Assembly: GCA_963811165.1 (NCBI GenBank)
Contig: CAWEQH010000010.1
Location: 416,001 to 480,000 of the forward strand
DNA: 64,000 nt
Source of the DNA: an uncultured Nitrospiraceae bacterium
Lineage (GTDB): Bacteria; Nitrospirota; Thermodesulfovibrionia; Thermodesulfovibrionales; UBA6898
Direction: 5' to 3'
The position numbers and the translations under genes were made by a program. This document shows, piece by piece, positions 41,160-50,340 of this stretch (position 1 is the first letter of the stretch; the number at the start of each line of letters is the position of its first letter). The notes beneath the pieces were generated by a model. That model ran no database searches, was not told where the DNA came from, and was given only the letters and a program-made list of their open reading frames with translations.

Positions 41160-41833
41160 TTTATATCTCCATGGCTAACGGACAATGATCATATGAACTT
41201 CCCATTGGTGACCCCATGGACTAATATACCACAATGTAAAAAACTAGAGAAGAAGAACGCGAAGGAGGGGCCCCGATGGCAATGGGAAGTCTTAGATTCG
41301 CATCAAAACACGCGTCGAGGCATGCTTCCTGTACCCCGCAACATTCAAACCTGATATAATTGTGCACAGTACAACCAGAATACGTAGGGAGGGCTAATAG
41401 ATAACAGACCATGAGAAAACTATAGGCATAGTTTTTGAGATATTCGAGACCACTTTCTATTGCCTCTCTTTTTGCCATTGGCGCATATCTTTATAAAAAC
41501 AAAATACGAACGGCATGGCAGATACGTGCTGCCTTTTTGGCCCCAAATGATAATTGAATATAGGGACCACACAAAGACTAATGTCGGCCACATTGGAATC
41601 TGGTATTACATTTTCATTCTAGTGCGATTTTATCTTTGATATCTATTTTTGTTCTTTTATCATTTGATATTCATAGTCATTTCAATGCGTGAAAATTGCT
41701 GGATTTCACAAAGGGAAATAGTATTACTGCATACCGGCAGAAAAAGATGCTTTTCATAGAGGACTTTAAAGGCAAACATCTCTTCCTGAAATCGCGCTTT
41801 CAAAAAATTGAAAATAGTGTAACTTATTATCGT

Positions 41834-43047
41834 GGACCTACCCCCATCCTTTGTGCCATTCATAATTAGAGTATCCCAACTGCTCTTTCCTCTTCAAGCC
41901 TGATAAACTCAGCTGGTGTTAGATCGCCAAATGAACTATGAGGCCGCTCATTGTTGTAATCGAGCCGGTGGTCTTCTGCGATCCCACGGGCATGCCCTAC
42001 GCTCATGAACCAGTGCAGATTCAGACATTCATCCCTGAACTTGCCGTTGAAACTCTCCATATAGGCATTATCAACAGGCTTCCCAGGCCGAATGAAGTGA
42101 AGCTTCACACCGCGCTCATACGCCCATGCATCCAAGGCGTTGCTTATAAACTCGGGGCCGTTGTCAACGACAATTCGGTCAGGCAGCCCACGAAACGCTG
42201 CTATCTGGCTTAAGACTGTACAAACCCGCTTGCCTCCAATCGATGTGTCCACCTCGATCCTGAAACATTCCTTTGTATACGTGTCGATTATCGGCAAGAA
42301 CCTCAGCTTCCTTCCGTTATACATTGCGTCATGGAGAAAATCCATCGCCCAGAGCTCGTTTGCTTTACTCGCCGCTGAGATTTCAACTCTTCGCTGTGAT
42401 GCCAGTTTCTTTCTCCTTCGAACCCTTAATAACAGCCGCTCCTCACGGTAGAGCCGTTCTGTCCGCTTATGATTGACCACCAGTCCCTCTCTCTTTAACA
42501 TTACATGCAGTCTCCGGCATCCAAATCGCTTCCTCTGCTCGGCTATCTCCTTCATCCGCTTCCGAAGAGCCTCGTCGGCGTCCGGTCTTGGTTCATATCG
42601 CAGGGTGTTCCTGCACAGTCCTATAAGGCGACTTGCCCGCCTCTGACTCAGCCCAAAGCTGCCTATAACAAATGCCACTGCTTCCCTGCGTGCCTTGGGC
42701 CTTAGAAGTTTTTTGAGACGACCGCCTTTAAAGCCTGATTATCAAGGGTCAGATCAGCCACAAGATGCTTCAGACGCCGGTTCTCATCTTCCAGCTGCTT
42801 CAGCTTCCTTGCATCGCTTACGGTCATCCCTCCGTATTTTGCCTTCCAGTTGTAATAGGTCTGATCGCTGACCCCATACTTCCGACAAAGTTCCGTTACT
42901 GAGAATCCCTGCCTCTGCTTCCTTGATTATGCTGATAATCTGTTCCTCCGAATATCTGACCTTTTTCATCCTTGCCTCCCTGCTTAGAGTGTTTATATTA
43001 TGCCTACACTCTAATTACGTGTGGCACATTTTTCGGGGGGCAGGTCC
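41834..43047 (-). mobile_element. IS3-family insertion sequence (IS407-group-like), 1214 bp
   Basis: Imperfect terminal IRs GGACCTACCCCC..TGTGCCA and TGGCACA..GGGGGGCAGGTCC; TCGT duplicated at 41830-41833 and 43048-43051; orfA/orfB organisation. Confidence 0.92.
41866..42969 (-). CDS. IS3 transposase OrfA/OrfB (programmed -1 frameshift; extra frameshift in orfA near 42900)
   Basis: OrfA begins MKKVRYSEEQII; AAAAAAC slippery site at 42708-42714; OrfB DDE motifs WAMDF, DNGPEF and ESFNGKFRDECLN. Confidence 0.9.
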
Positions 43048-43401
43048 TCGTTAATCAACTATGGGGAGGCCAAGCTTTTATCTGGCTAACATACAAATTC
43101 CGATATTATCGGAGCGGTTTCCGTCTAATAACTGCTTGAATAACATCGGATTTCCGTTGTTAGTGCAATTACGGTCTAATAACGTTTTTGCGCGGGGAAG
43201 AAGGTGAAAGAATAATGATGAATATCTACTTGATCGCGATATACATACCTCAATCAAGAACAAAGGATAATACATATAGAAGGATTTGGCAGATATCTCG
43301 AATATGTGCAACATTATTTCCTATTCTCTACTAAAGTCAAGTGATGATTTGACTTGCTATCATATTAGAATCTTCTTAAAACAGTCGCGTCTGGATGTTC
43401 G

Positions 43402-43590
43402 ATGCCGTCCAAATATCTTATATCTAATGCCGCTATATATCCTTCACACTTGCAGGAACGAGCCTTATTCGAAGTTTCTATATATCTAGAGTGGATGTTA
43501 AAAGATAATACATTGGAAAAAGCTAAGTATTATTATGTAGCCAACTTAAGACAAGAACGGCTTTGGGCATTGAGGACTCAGGATGCATAA
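43402..43590 (+). pseudogene. Fragment of a degraded AT-rich gene (DUF5677-like pattern)
   Basis: RALFEVSIYLEWMLKDNTLEKAKYY recalls that family; surrounding DNA (43050-44230) is AT-rich and broken by stops. Confidence 0.3.
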
Positions 43591-44266
43591 GTATAAATAA
43601 TGCCTTTAAAAACTGGTTACCGCTTTTTTATTATGGAATAAATATCTCCTCTGGAGTTGTGGGCAGCGTAAAAAATTATTAGAGCAAAAGACAAGCGTCG
43701 CAGTATAGTGAATATACTTTAATTAAGGAAGCTAATATGTGTCTTTAAACAAAAAGAAATTGAATTAGATCCTCCCGGCATAAAATTTGGACGGGCAACG
43801 TTCGTCAAAGAGCAATTAAAACCTCACGAATACACACTTTTCGTTAATTACAATCTTTTATGCACGCAACACGAAAAGGGTATGTCTTTTTAAAATGGGT
43901 TCATGTTATTTATCCTGTTAGATCCTTGAAAGACATCTAAGAGTTTTTCTTTATTCTATATCTATCGAATTATTAAAAATAGCTATACAACATCATTATA
44001 GGAGACGAGCGTACGGCGTATCTAAAAAATATGTTGAAGATTGGAGAAAGCCTTTTCGCAACATTAAGATAGCTAAATATTATGATGCGAATGAGTCTGA
44101 TCTAATAATTTAAACAGAATATGACAAGACGATTTTTATAACTCCTTCCTGTAACTGAGACATATGGAACACTTATTATCGACAACTATATTTACGGTAA
44201 CTTCATGGGTTAGCGTTGAACGAACTTAGTTTAGAACATTAGCAATCTCCGTGTCGAGGATTTACC

Positions 44267-45456
44267 TTGAAGATAGGTACGATAATATCAAACGGAATCA
44301 TCATTGTCCTTCTCTTGGCCTCGACATCTGCCGTTGCCCAAATACTTCCTGAAGACCCATCCAAAGGGGGCCAGCTGTTTGTAAGCAAGGGATGCGTGAA
44401 ATGCCATGCCGTCAAAGGTGAGGGAGGAAAGACCGGGCCGGATCTTGGCATTATCAGTCTCGGCGGCACCCAGACTGGATCTGGCAGCGGAGATCTGGAA
44501 CCATACTCCCTCCATGATCGCGGGCATGGAACAAGAGGGGATCACCAAACCAACGCTGACCGGTCAGGAATTTACCGAGATCACCGCCTATCTCTATTTT
44601 CTCAGATTCTTTGATAAGCCCGGAGATGCCGCTCAGGGGAATACCTCTTCGACTCAGAAGGGCTGCAACTCCTGTCATCGTGTCTCGGGCAGAGGCAAAG
44701 ACGGCGGGCCCGGGCTCGATGAGTTTCCCCGGAACGCTTCGCCGGTTTTCATGAGCCAGGCGATGTGGAATCACAGCCTGCGGATGATGGCCCGCATGGT
44801 GCGGAGCGGAAAGAGTGGCCCAATTTTGAACGGAAACTGAGATGATGGATACGCTGGCTTATATCAAGACAAAGGCAAAGGGGGCGGAAGAGCCTTTTTT
44901 CTTCAAACCCGGTAATCCCAAGGAAGGCAGGGCGGTCTTCAATGCCAAGGGATGTACCAAGTGCCATTCAGTCCATGGCGAAGGCGCAAAGGAAGGCATC
45001 GATCTCGGGAAAAGAGCGGAGTCCTTTTATACGAGCCTCACCCAGATCGCTTCGAGCATGTGGAACAAGAGCCCTGAGATGATCCTGTTCACGAGAGCCC
45101 CAACGCAAGTGCGAGGTTCCCCGGTTCACCGCGAAAGAAATGACCGATCTCCTCGCCTATCTTTACTTCCTCCATTATACGGATGAGCCCGGGGATGCAT
45201 CGAAAGGGAAAAAGATCTTTTCAGACTATCGGGTGCGCACAATGTCACGGACTGGACGGGAAACGCGGAACACTGATGTATATCGATCTCTCCAAATACC
45301 GGAACAGCCAGCCGACCGAAATCGTAGCCAGTATCTGGAATCACAGCATCAAAATGCAGAGAGGCGACAGGAGAGAAAGGTGTTCCCTGGCCTCAACTTA
45401 AAAAAGGAGAGATGGCGGACCTTCTGGAATTTATCCGGACTCCCGTAAAGAAATAA
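44267..45456 (+). CDS. Four-domain tandem c-type cytochrome (several frameshifts)
   Basis: Signal peptide; CVKCH, CNSCH, CTKCH and CAQCH, each preceded by a D/NxxxG turn and followed by WN(H/K)...M, spread over frames. Confidence 0.8.
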
Positions 45457-45643
45457 CGGCCGGTCAAAACCTCCCCCGCGATCCCCTGAGTCTCGTCGTT
45501 AACGATTATGTTTAGAGAAATCATAATAGATTCGATATGCATGATCTATCATTATGTCGGTGCTATACGTAACAAAATGGATTGAACCTCAAGTGCACTG
45601 AGGGTCATGATAAATCCTGCTTTTTCAAATAGAAAGAGGAGGA

Positions 45644-46627
45644 ATGATGACCAAAGCAGGTTCAATTCTCAGAGCAATCGTCAGTGACATCGAAGTAGTC
45701 AATTACCAGCCCCCCATTGATCGTATTCTTCAGAGGATCTCTAAGTTAGACCTTCCCGGCAGAGAGCATTTCGAGAGCTACATGCGCAACAAGTGGAGAA
45801 TGAACCACAGGCCAAGTACTCTTAAAGGCAGCTTCGTCGCTGTGAGTTCCTTTCTCATTTTCTATGGTGGCCAGGGGAAGAGTCATATCGAGGCGATTGC
45901 CAGTAACGACCTGGAGGCGTTTGTCGAACGCGAGCAGGATCGGGGCTTAAGACAACACGTCCTGAACATACGGCTAGTGCTTTTTGCTTTTCTTTGTTTT
46001 CTGATCGAACAGGATATCATTACTGTCAGATACAAATACAAGATTTAAAATCGAAGATCCCGATTCCTGCCGAGGGCCATTGCGCCGGGCGATGTCAGAA
46101 AGATTCTTGGTGTCATTAAGGAGATTCGTGACCGTGCCCTAATCCTCGTGCTCTTACGGACAGGCATGAGAATCGGTGAGCTTCTCAGCTTGAAGATGAT
46201 AGATCTTGATGTCCGTGAGAGGAAGATACACATCTATGAGGGCGAAAAGAACTATCTTGGGCGAGTGGTTTATCTGAGTGATGATGCACTGATGGCCTTA
46301 GGGCGCCGGGTTAAACAGAGAAATAAACAATAAATATCTCTTCATGGTCTGAGGATACTTATGTTATACCTCGGCCCGAAAAACTTTACATAGTTTAGAG
46401 AAAAGGGCTCCAACACAAAGGCTACACAATCCACAGCCTTCGGCATACCTTCGCAAGTGAACTGCTCAATGCCGGCATGCGCCTGGAATGTCTTGCAGTT
46501 ATTGTTGGGCCACCGCGATATAGAGATGACCCGACGATATGCCCGTCTGACAGATAAGAGCCGTGAAGAGGAATACTTCCGTGCCATGGAAATCATCGAG
46601 CAAGGAGGCATTAATGGGGCTTACTGA
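45644..46627 (+). pseudogene. Tyrosine recombinase 1 (disrupted)
   Basis: Fragments LPRAI..RDRALILVLLRTGMRIGELL, HSLRHTFASELLNAG and LGHRDIEMTRRY; several frameshifts and a stop. Confidence 0.85.
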
Positions 46628-47496
46628 TCTGATTGCCAAGTACCGAAGGTTCCTAAAGCGAAGGAACTGTTCGGCCAACACTGTAAAAAACTACATGAAT
46701 ATCCTCGGTCACTTCAATGTCTGGTCGCAGGTTTCTTTGGAGCAAATAACCCACAAAGAAACCGATGCGTATATGGACCATCTATTGAGAAGGAGAATGA
46801 AACCAAAGACTATCAACTGTCATTTCGGCTGCATCCATGCCTTCTACGATTATCTGATCGAAGATGAGAGAATGCCTCTTACCAATCCGGTAAGAAAGAA
46901 TTATAGGCTTCGTCTGCCCAGGCCATTGCCCAAACATCTAAGAGACGAACAGATTGTGACTCTCTTTAGGGAGATCAACGACACCAGAGATCGAGCCATG
47001 TTCATGCTAATGCTCAGGTGTGGTCTGCGTGTTGAAATGTTGACGATGACAGTAGATGCGATAGAGTATCGAGAGACAGCTTTATGTCTTCAATGCAGAG
47101 GCGGCAAGGACAGGGTTGTCTACCTGAGTGAAGATGCCCAGAGTGCCTTAGAGGCGTATATGCAGAAACGGAAATGGTCGAAGGAGAAAAGAGTGTTCTT
47201 AGTGCAGAAGGGGCCGCTGAGGGGAAAGCCGATATCAGTTCGCGGCATTCAAAAGAGGATTGAACACTACGCACAGAGGACTGGAACAAGCTGTATCCTG
47301 TCATCACTTGAGACATACTATGGCGACACAGCTCCTGAACGCCGATGCCGATCTCGTTACCATACAGGATCTATTGGGCCACAGCCGGATTACAACAACT
47401 CAATGTTACTGTAGAGTCTCCAATCTCAAAGTACAGAGAGATTACTTCAAGGCCATAGAGATTGTATTGCAGAGGACCCAACCGATAAGAAGCTGA
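46614..47496 (+). pseudogene. Tyrosine recombinase 2 (frameshifted)
   Basis: SAM-like N-domain, RDRAMFMLMLRCGLR, CHHLRHTMATQLLNA and LGHSRITTTQCY; start overlaps the end of recombinase 1. Confidence 0.85.
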
Positions 47497-47759
47497 TAAC
47501 TTTGAATGGGAACAAAAAGAGCTTATAAATAGTAGGCTTTAACCTACTGACAACAAAAGAAAAAGCAGGTTTTGTTACGTATAGCGTGGTGGATCAAACA
47601 AAAAGCCCGTGCGGAGTTCGGGGCGAAAGACGTGCCAGGGCATAAGATGAGATCTATGCAACATTCTTTTCTCTGAATCCTCGTCGCCGAACATGATATA
47701 ATTGCGAAGTTCAGTTGGCTCAACAGAAGCACATTTGCATTTAAACAAGTGGAGGGACT

Positions 47760-48023
47760 ATGGACACAAACCAATTCGGCATCATTATTGAGAGAGCATT
47801 CGCCCGTTATGTAGCTTTAAGCCTCATTGTTTCAGCCCCATTCACAGTTATAATTGCACAGGCGGCACTCGCGATAAGAGAAATTGCAATCAATTCCCGC
47901 AAGACATATAACTCCAACGATTCGGAGTACAATCTTATTAGATGGATCGGCATGGCACTGGTCTATATTGGAATATTCTCTTTTATCTTTGGGATTGTTC
48001 TCCTCTTACGAATGATTGAGTGA
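47760..48023 (+). CDS. Small hypothetical membrane protein
   Basis: 87-aa ORF with GGAGG RBS and two hydrophobic segments. Confidence 0.6.
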   Translation: MDTNQFGIIIERAFARYVALSLIVSAPFTVIIAQAALAIREIAINSRKTYNSNDSEYNLIRWIGMALVYIGIFSFIFGIVLLLRMIE

Positions 48024-48270
48024 ACACCTCACCGCTCTTAGTTCGGGCGAGATATGGCATACATAAACAAGCCCTCTGCATTTTACGCCTCCCGCGATAA
48101 CCATAAGAGGGGGTGCTTCCTTCCTGAAAGCCCCGATAAATGAATTTGGTATAATTTGCATTGAACACATGGCAATTCACAACCGGGCTTCAGTCAGGTT
48201 AGAATAATATCATGAAAGTTCGGATGCCTTGATTGACATCTTGATCAATGCGAAAGTGGATGGAGGGCAT

Positions 48271-48672
48271 ATGAAAAAAGTGTTGTCTCTCGCAATCCTT
48301 GGAGTTCTCGTTTTGCTGACGGCGTGTGCGAAAATACAGGGCACCAGCGATGTGCCACGCGTTACAAAGGACGCGCTGAGGGCTCAACTTGCGTCATCGG
48401 GTCTGGTTCTTCTTGATGTGAGGACAAAGAACGACTGGGAAATGAGTAACGAAAAGATTGCCGGCGCCGTACGAATGGATCCACAGACGGTTGATGCCTG
48501 GGCCGGCACCTTGCCGAAAGACAAGGATATAGTCCTTTACTGCGCCTGACCAAATGAGGGCACGAGCGCCCGTGTGGCGAAACAACTGATTGCGAAAGGC
48601 TTCAAAGCAAAGGCTCTCAAAGGTGGCTGGAGAGAATGGTCCGAGGCCAAATACCCCGTCGAAAAGAAGTAA
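48271..48672 (+). CDS. Rhodanese-like lipoprotein with in-frame UGA (probable selenocysteine)
   Basis: Lipobox LTAC and LLDVR. IVLYCA-TGA(48547)-PNEGTSARVAKQLIAKGFKAKALKGGWREW...PVEKK-TAA completes the rhodanese fold only by read-through. Confidence 0.88.
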
Positions 48673-48850
48673 TCGATATTAAGCCATCGCCAGCGGTGGC
48701 ATGTTATTCTTGAGGTCTTGAGGTAAAATCTTTTATGGAATCGATAAAGAACCCCATCCTCTAAGAATATATTTGCAGTATTGCCCGGGCCGATGCACAC
48801 CCAAGTCTTGAGGCATGCTTGTTCCAGCCGCTGATAGGCGGGACGAAATT

Positions 48851-49377
48851 TCAAAGGCTCACGCTCAGCCCTTCAGGTCTTCGATGGTGAGTTCCACTTC
48901 TCCGGTTGAAGGATTTTCGACACTCCATCTCAAGGCCCATCGCGAGACCGGGGTCTGTACCGCTATGGAAGAGCCGGAAGGCCGGTATTAAGCCCACGCC
49001 GCGAGCTCGAACCTCCAGTTCAGGGCCGCACGGTAACCAAACATATGGATCTTGCTGGCTGCCCCGGGGTGTGCAGGAATAAGGAGGTCGAACACATCCC
49101 AACTTGCCGTCCCGCCGGGACGGATTGATGAATAAGCCGATTGCAAGAAGGAACTCGTAACATCCTGGACGGTCCCTCCCTCCTGGCCGAGTGTGGCGTG
49201 CGGCTCAACGTTGACCACCTCGGAACCACACATATTGCGAATAGTCAGAATCGCTCTGGTAAAAGGGACCTCCCTGCCGTCACTCGCCCGTATATGTGAA
49301 GCCACTGACTGAAGTGAGATATCAAGACAACTGTTCCTTTCACCGGTTGTTGCGCCTTCGCCTGGTGTATCCGGCAT
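48851..49377 (-). CDS. Hypothetical protein, probably one gene split by a frameshift near 48990
   Basis: AGGAGG RBS before ATG 49377; two overlapping minus-strand ORFs in the track. Confidence 0.5.
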
Positions 49378-49460
49378 AATGCACGTCCTCCTTTCGTTTG
49401 CCTGTATTTATCGAAATTATAAGTTCGTTCGTAAATAAGTTAAAATGATCATGATACTCA

Positions 49461-49586
49461 CTGGATCCCCGCTTGAGACCTGCGGGAATGACAAATAAAA
49501 AACAAGCATTTAAGATTGTCATCCTCGGGCTTGCCCCGGGATCCATAGCAGAACACTGGATTCCCGGATCAAGTCGCCGGAATGAT
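49461..49586. repeat. Cluster of three REP-like palindromes (GTCAT..C..GG..ATCCAG type)
   Basis: CTGGATCCCCGC-TTGAGACCT-GCGGGAATGAC (49461-49492), GTCATCCTCGGGCTTGCCCCGGGATCCA (49518-49545) and CTGGATTCCCGG-ATCAAGTCG-CCGGAATGAT (49556-49586), in alternating orientation. Confidence 0.75.
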
Positions 49587-49610
49587 AACTAACTCTTTTT
49601 TGTAAGCCCA

Positions 49611-50258
49611 CTACCCCTTATCTGAAGATACCGAAAGAAAAATCTGTCCCTTTCCTGACAACCATGCCGTATCCTGGAGTTCCCCGGCCTCCAGGGGTTT
49701 ACCATCGAGGATGATTCGTCTGCATCCCCGCCAGAAATCCTGAGATTGCCCGGTCGCGAAGCGGATAAATTCTTCGTTGCTGATGACAACACCCCTTTGC
49801 AGCAGGCCGGGGCCCAACTCAGCCATAAGGAGATTGAAGATTTTAATTTGTACAAGACCCTCTCCCTTAACACACTCTTCCTGTGTCTCTCTATAGGTGA
49901 TCGCATTGCGGAAGGAGGAGTATGTGCCTCCCCGCCTGAGCGTCGCGCCGACGAGTCCGGGCATGGCAGCTGAGAGGGCGAGGACCGAGCCGTCTTTTAT
50001 CACCGCTGATTCCAGGTCATCGACCGGGCTACCATCAAGGATAACGGATTGTATCTTTTTGATTGTCTCAATGTCCGTCCCAAGCTCTTCCCTGAGAAAT
50101 GCGGTCACGCTGCATCCGGTGCGGGACCTGATCGTCACCCCCTGTTGAAGCAGAAGGAAAAAATCTGACATAAGTGCTCCATCTACAATAAATGCTATAT
50201 GGGGCCACGATTCTATATTCTTTATGTCCATGTCGGTATGAGTAATCAGGGTCTCCAA
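49611..50258 (-). CDS. Hypothetical protein downstream of AOR, possible beta-grasp domain
   Basis: Intact ~210-aa ORF; segment VILDGSPVDDLESAVIKDGSVLALSAAMPG. Confidence 0.65.
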   Translation of the reverse strand: METLITHTDMDIKNIESWPHIAFIVDGALMSDFFLLLQQGVTIRSRTGCSVTAFLREELGTDIETIKKIQSVILDGSPVDDLESAVIKDGSVLALSAAMPGLVGATLRRGGTYSSFRNAITYRETQEECVKGEGLVQIKIFNLLMAELGPGLLQRGVVISNEEFIRFATGQSQDFWRGCRRIILDGKPLEAGELQDTAWLSGKGQIFLSVSSDKG

Positions 50259-50290
50259 TTATTTGGTGCACCTGCATCTGCGGGGAGCAC

Positions 50291-50320
50291 AAAAAAGGAG
50301 GGACGCCGGTCCCTCCTTTT
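50291..50320 (-). terminator. Intrinsic terminator after aor
   Basis: AAAAGGAGGGAC-GCCG-GTCCCTCCTTTT hairpin with a U run on the minus strand. Confidence 0.8.
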
Positions 50321-50340
50321 ATTAAAACAAATGTTCAGGG

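Larger units (their letters stand above)
45538..47660 (+). mobile_element. Two-tyrosine-recombinase element with nested terminal inverted repeats
   Basis: Perfect 16-bp IR (45562-45577 / 47570-47585), 11-bp IR (45616-45626 / 47559-47569) and outer imperfect IR (45538-45556 / 47641-47660) around two integrase genes. Confidence 0.7.

Noticed and set aside
45490..45560. Chromosomal dif site (TTATGTTTAGA resembles the XerD arm)
   Set aside because: No matching XerC arm at 6-bp spacing; better explained as part of the recombinase element's end.
47686..48050. Second integron cassette around the small membrane protein
   Set aside because: GCCGAAC and GTTCGG lie in the wrong order relative to the ORF and no L boxes are evident.
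48229..48250. FNR/CRP box upstream of the selenoprotein gene
   Set aside because: TTGAC and ATCAA half-sites are 6 nt apart instead of 4.
49461..49586. CRISPR array
   Set aside because: Units are degenerate, alternate in orientation and are irregularly spaced; no cas genes are present.
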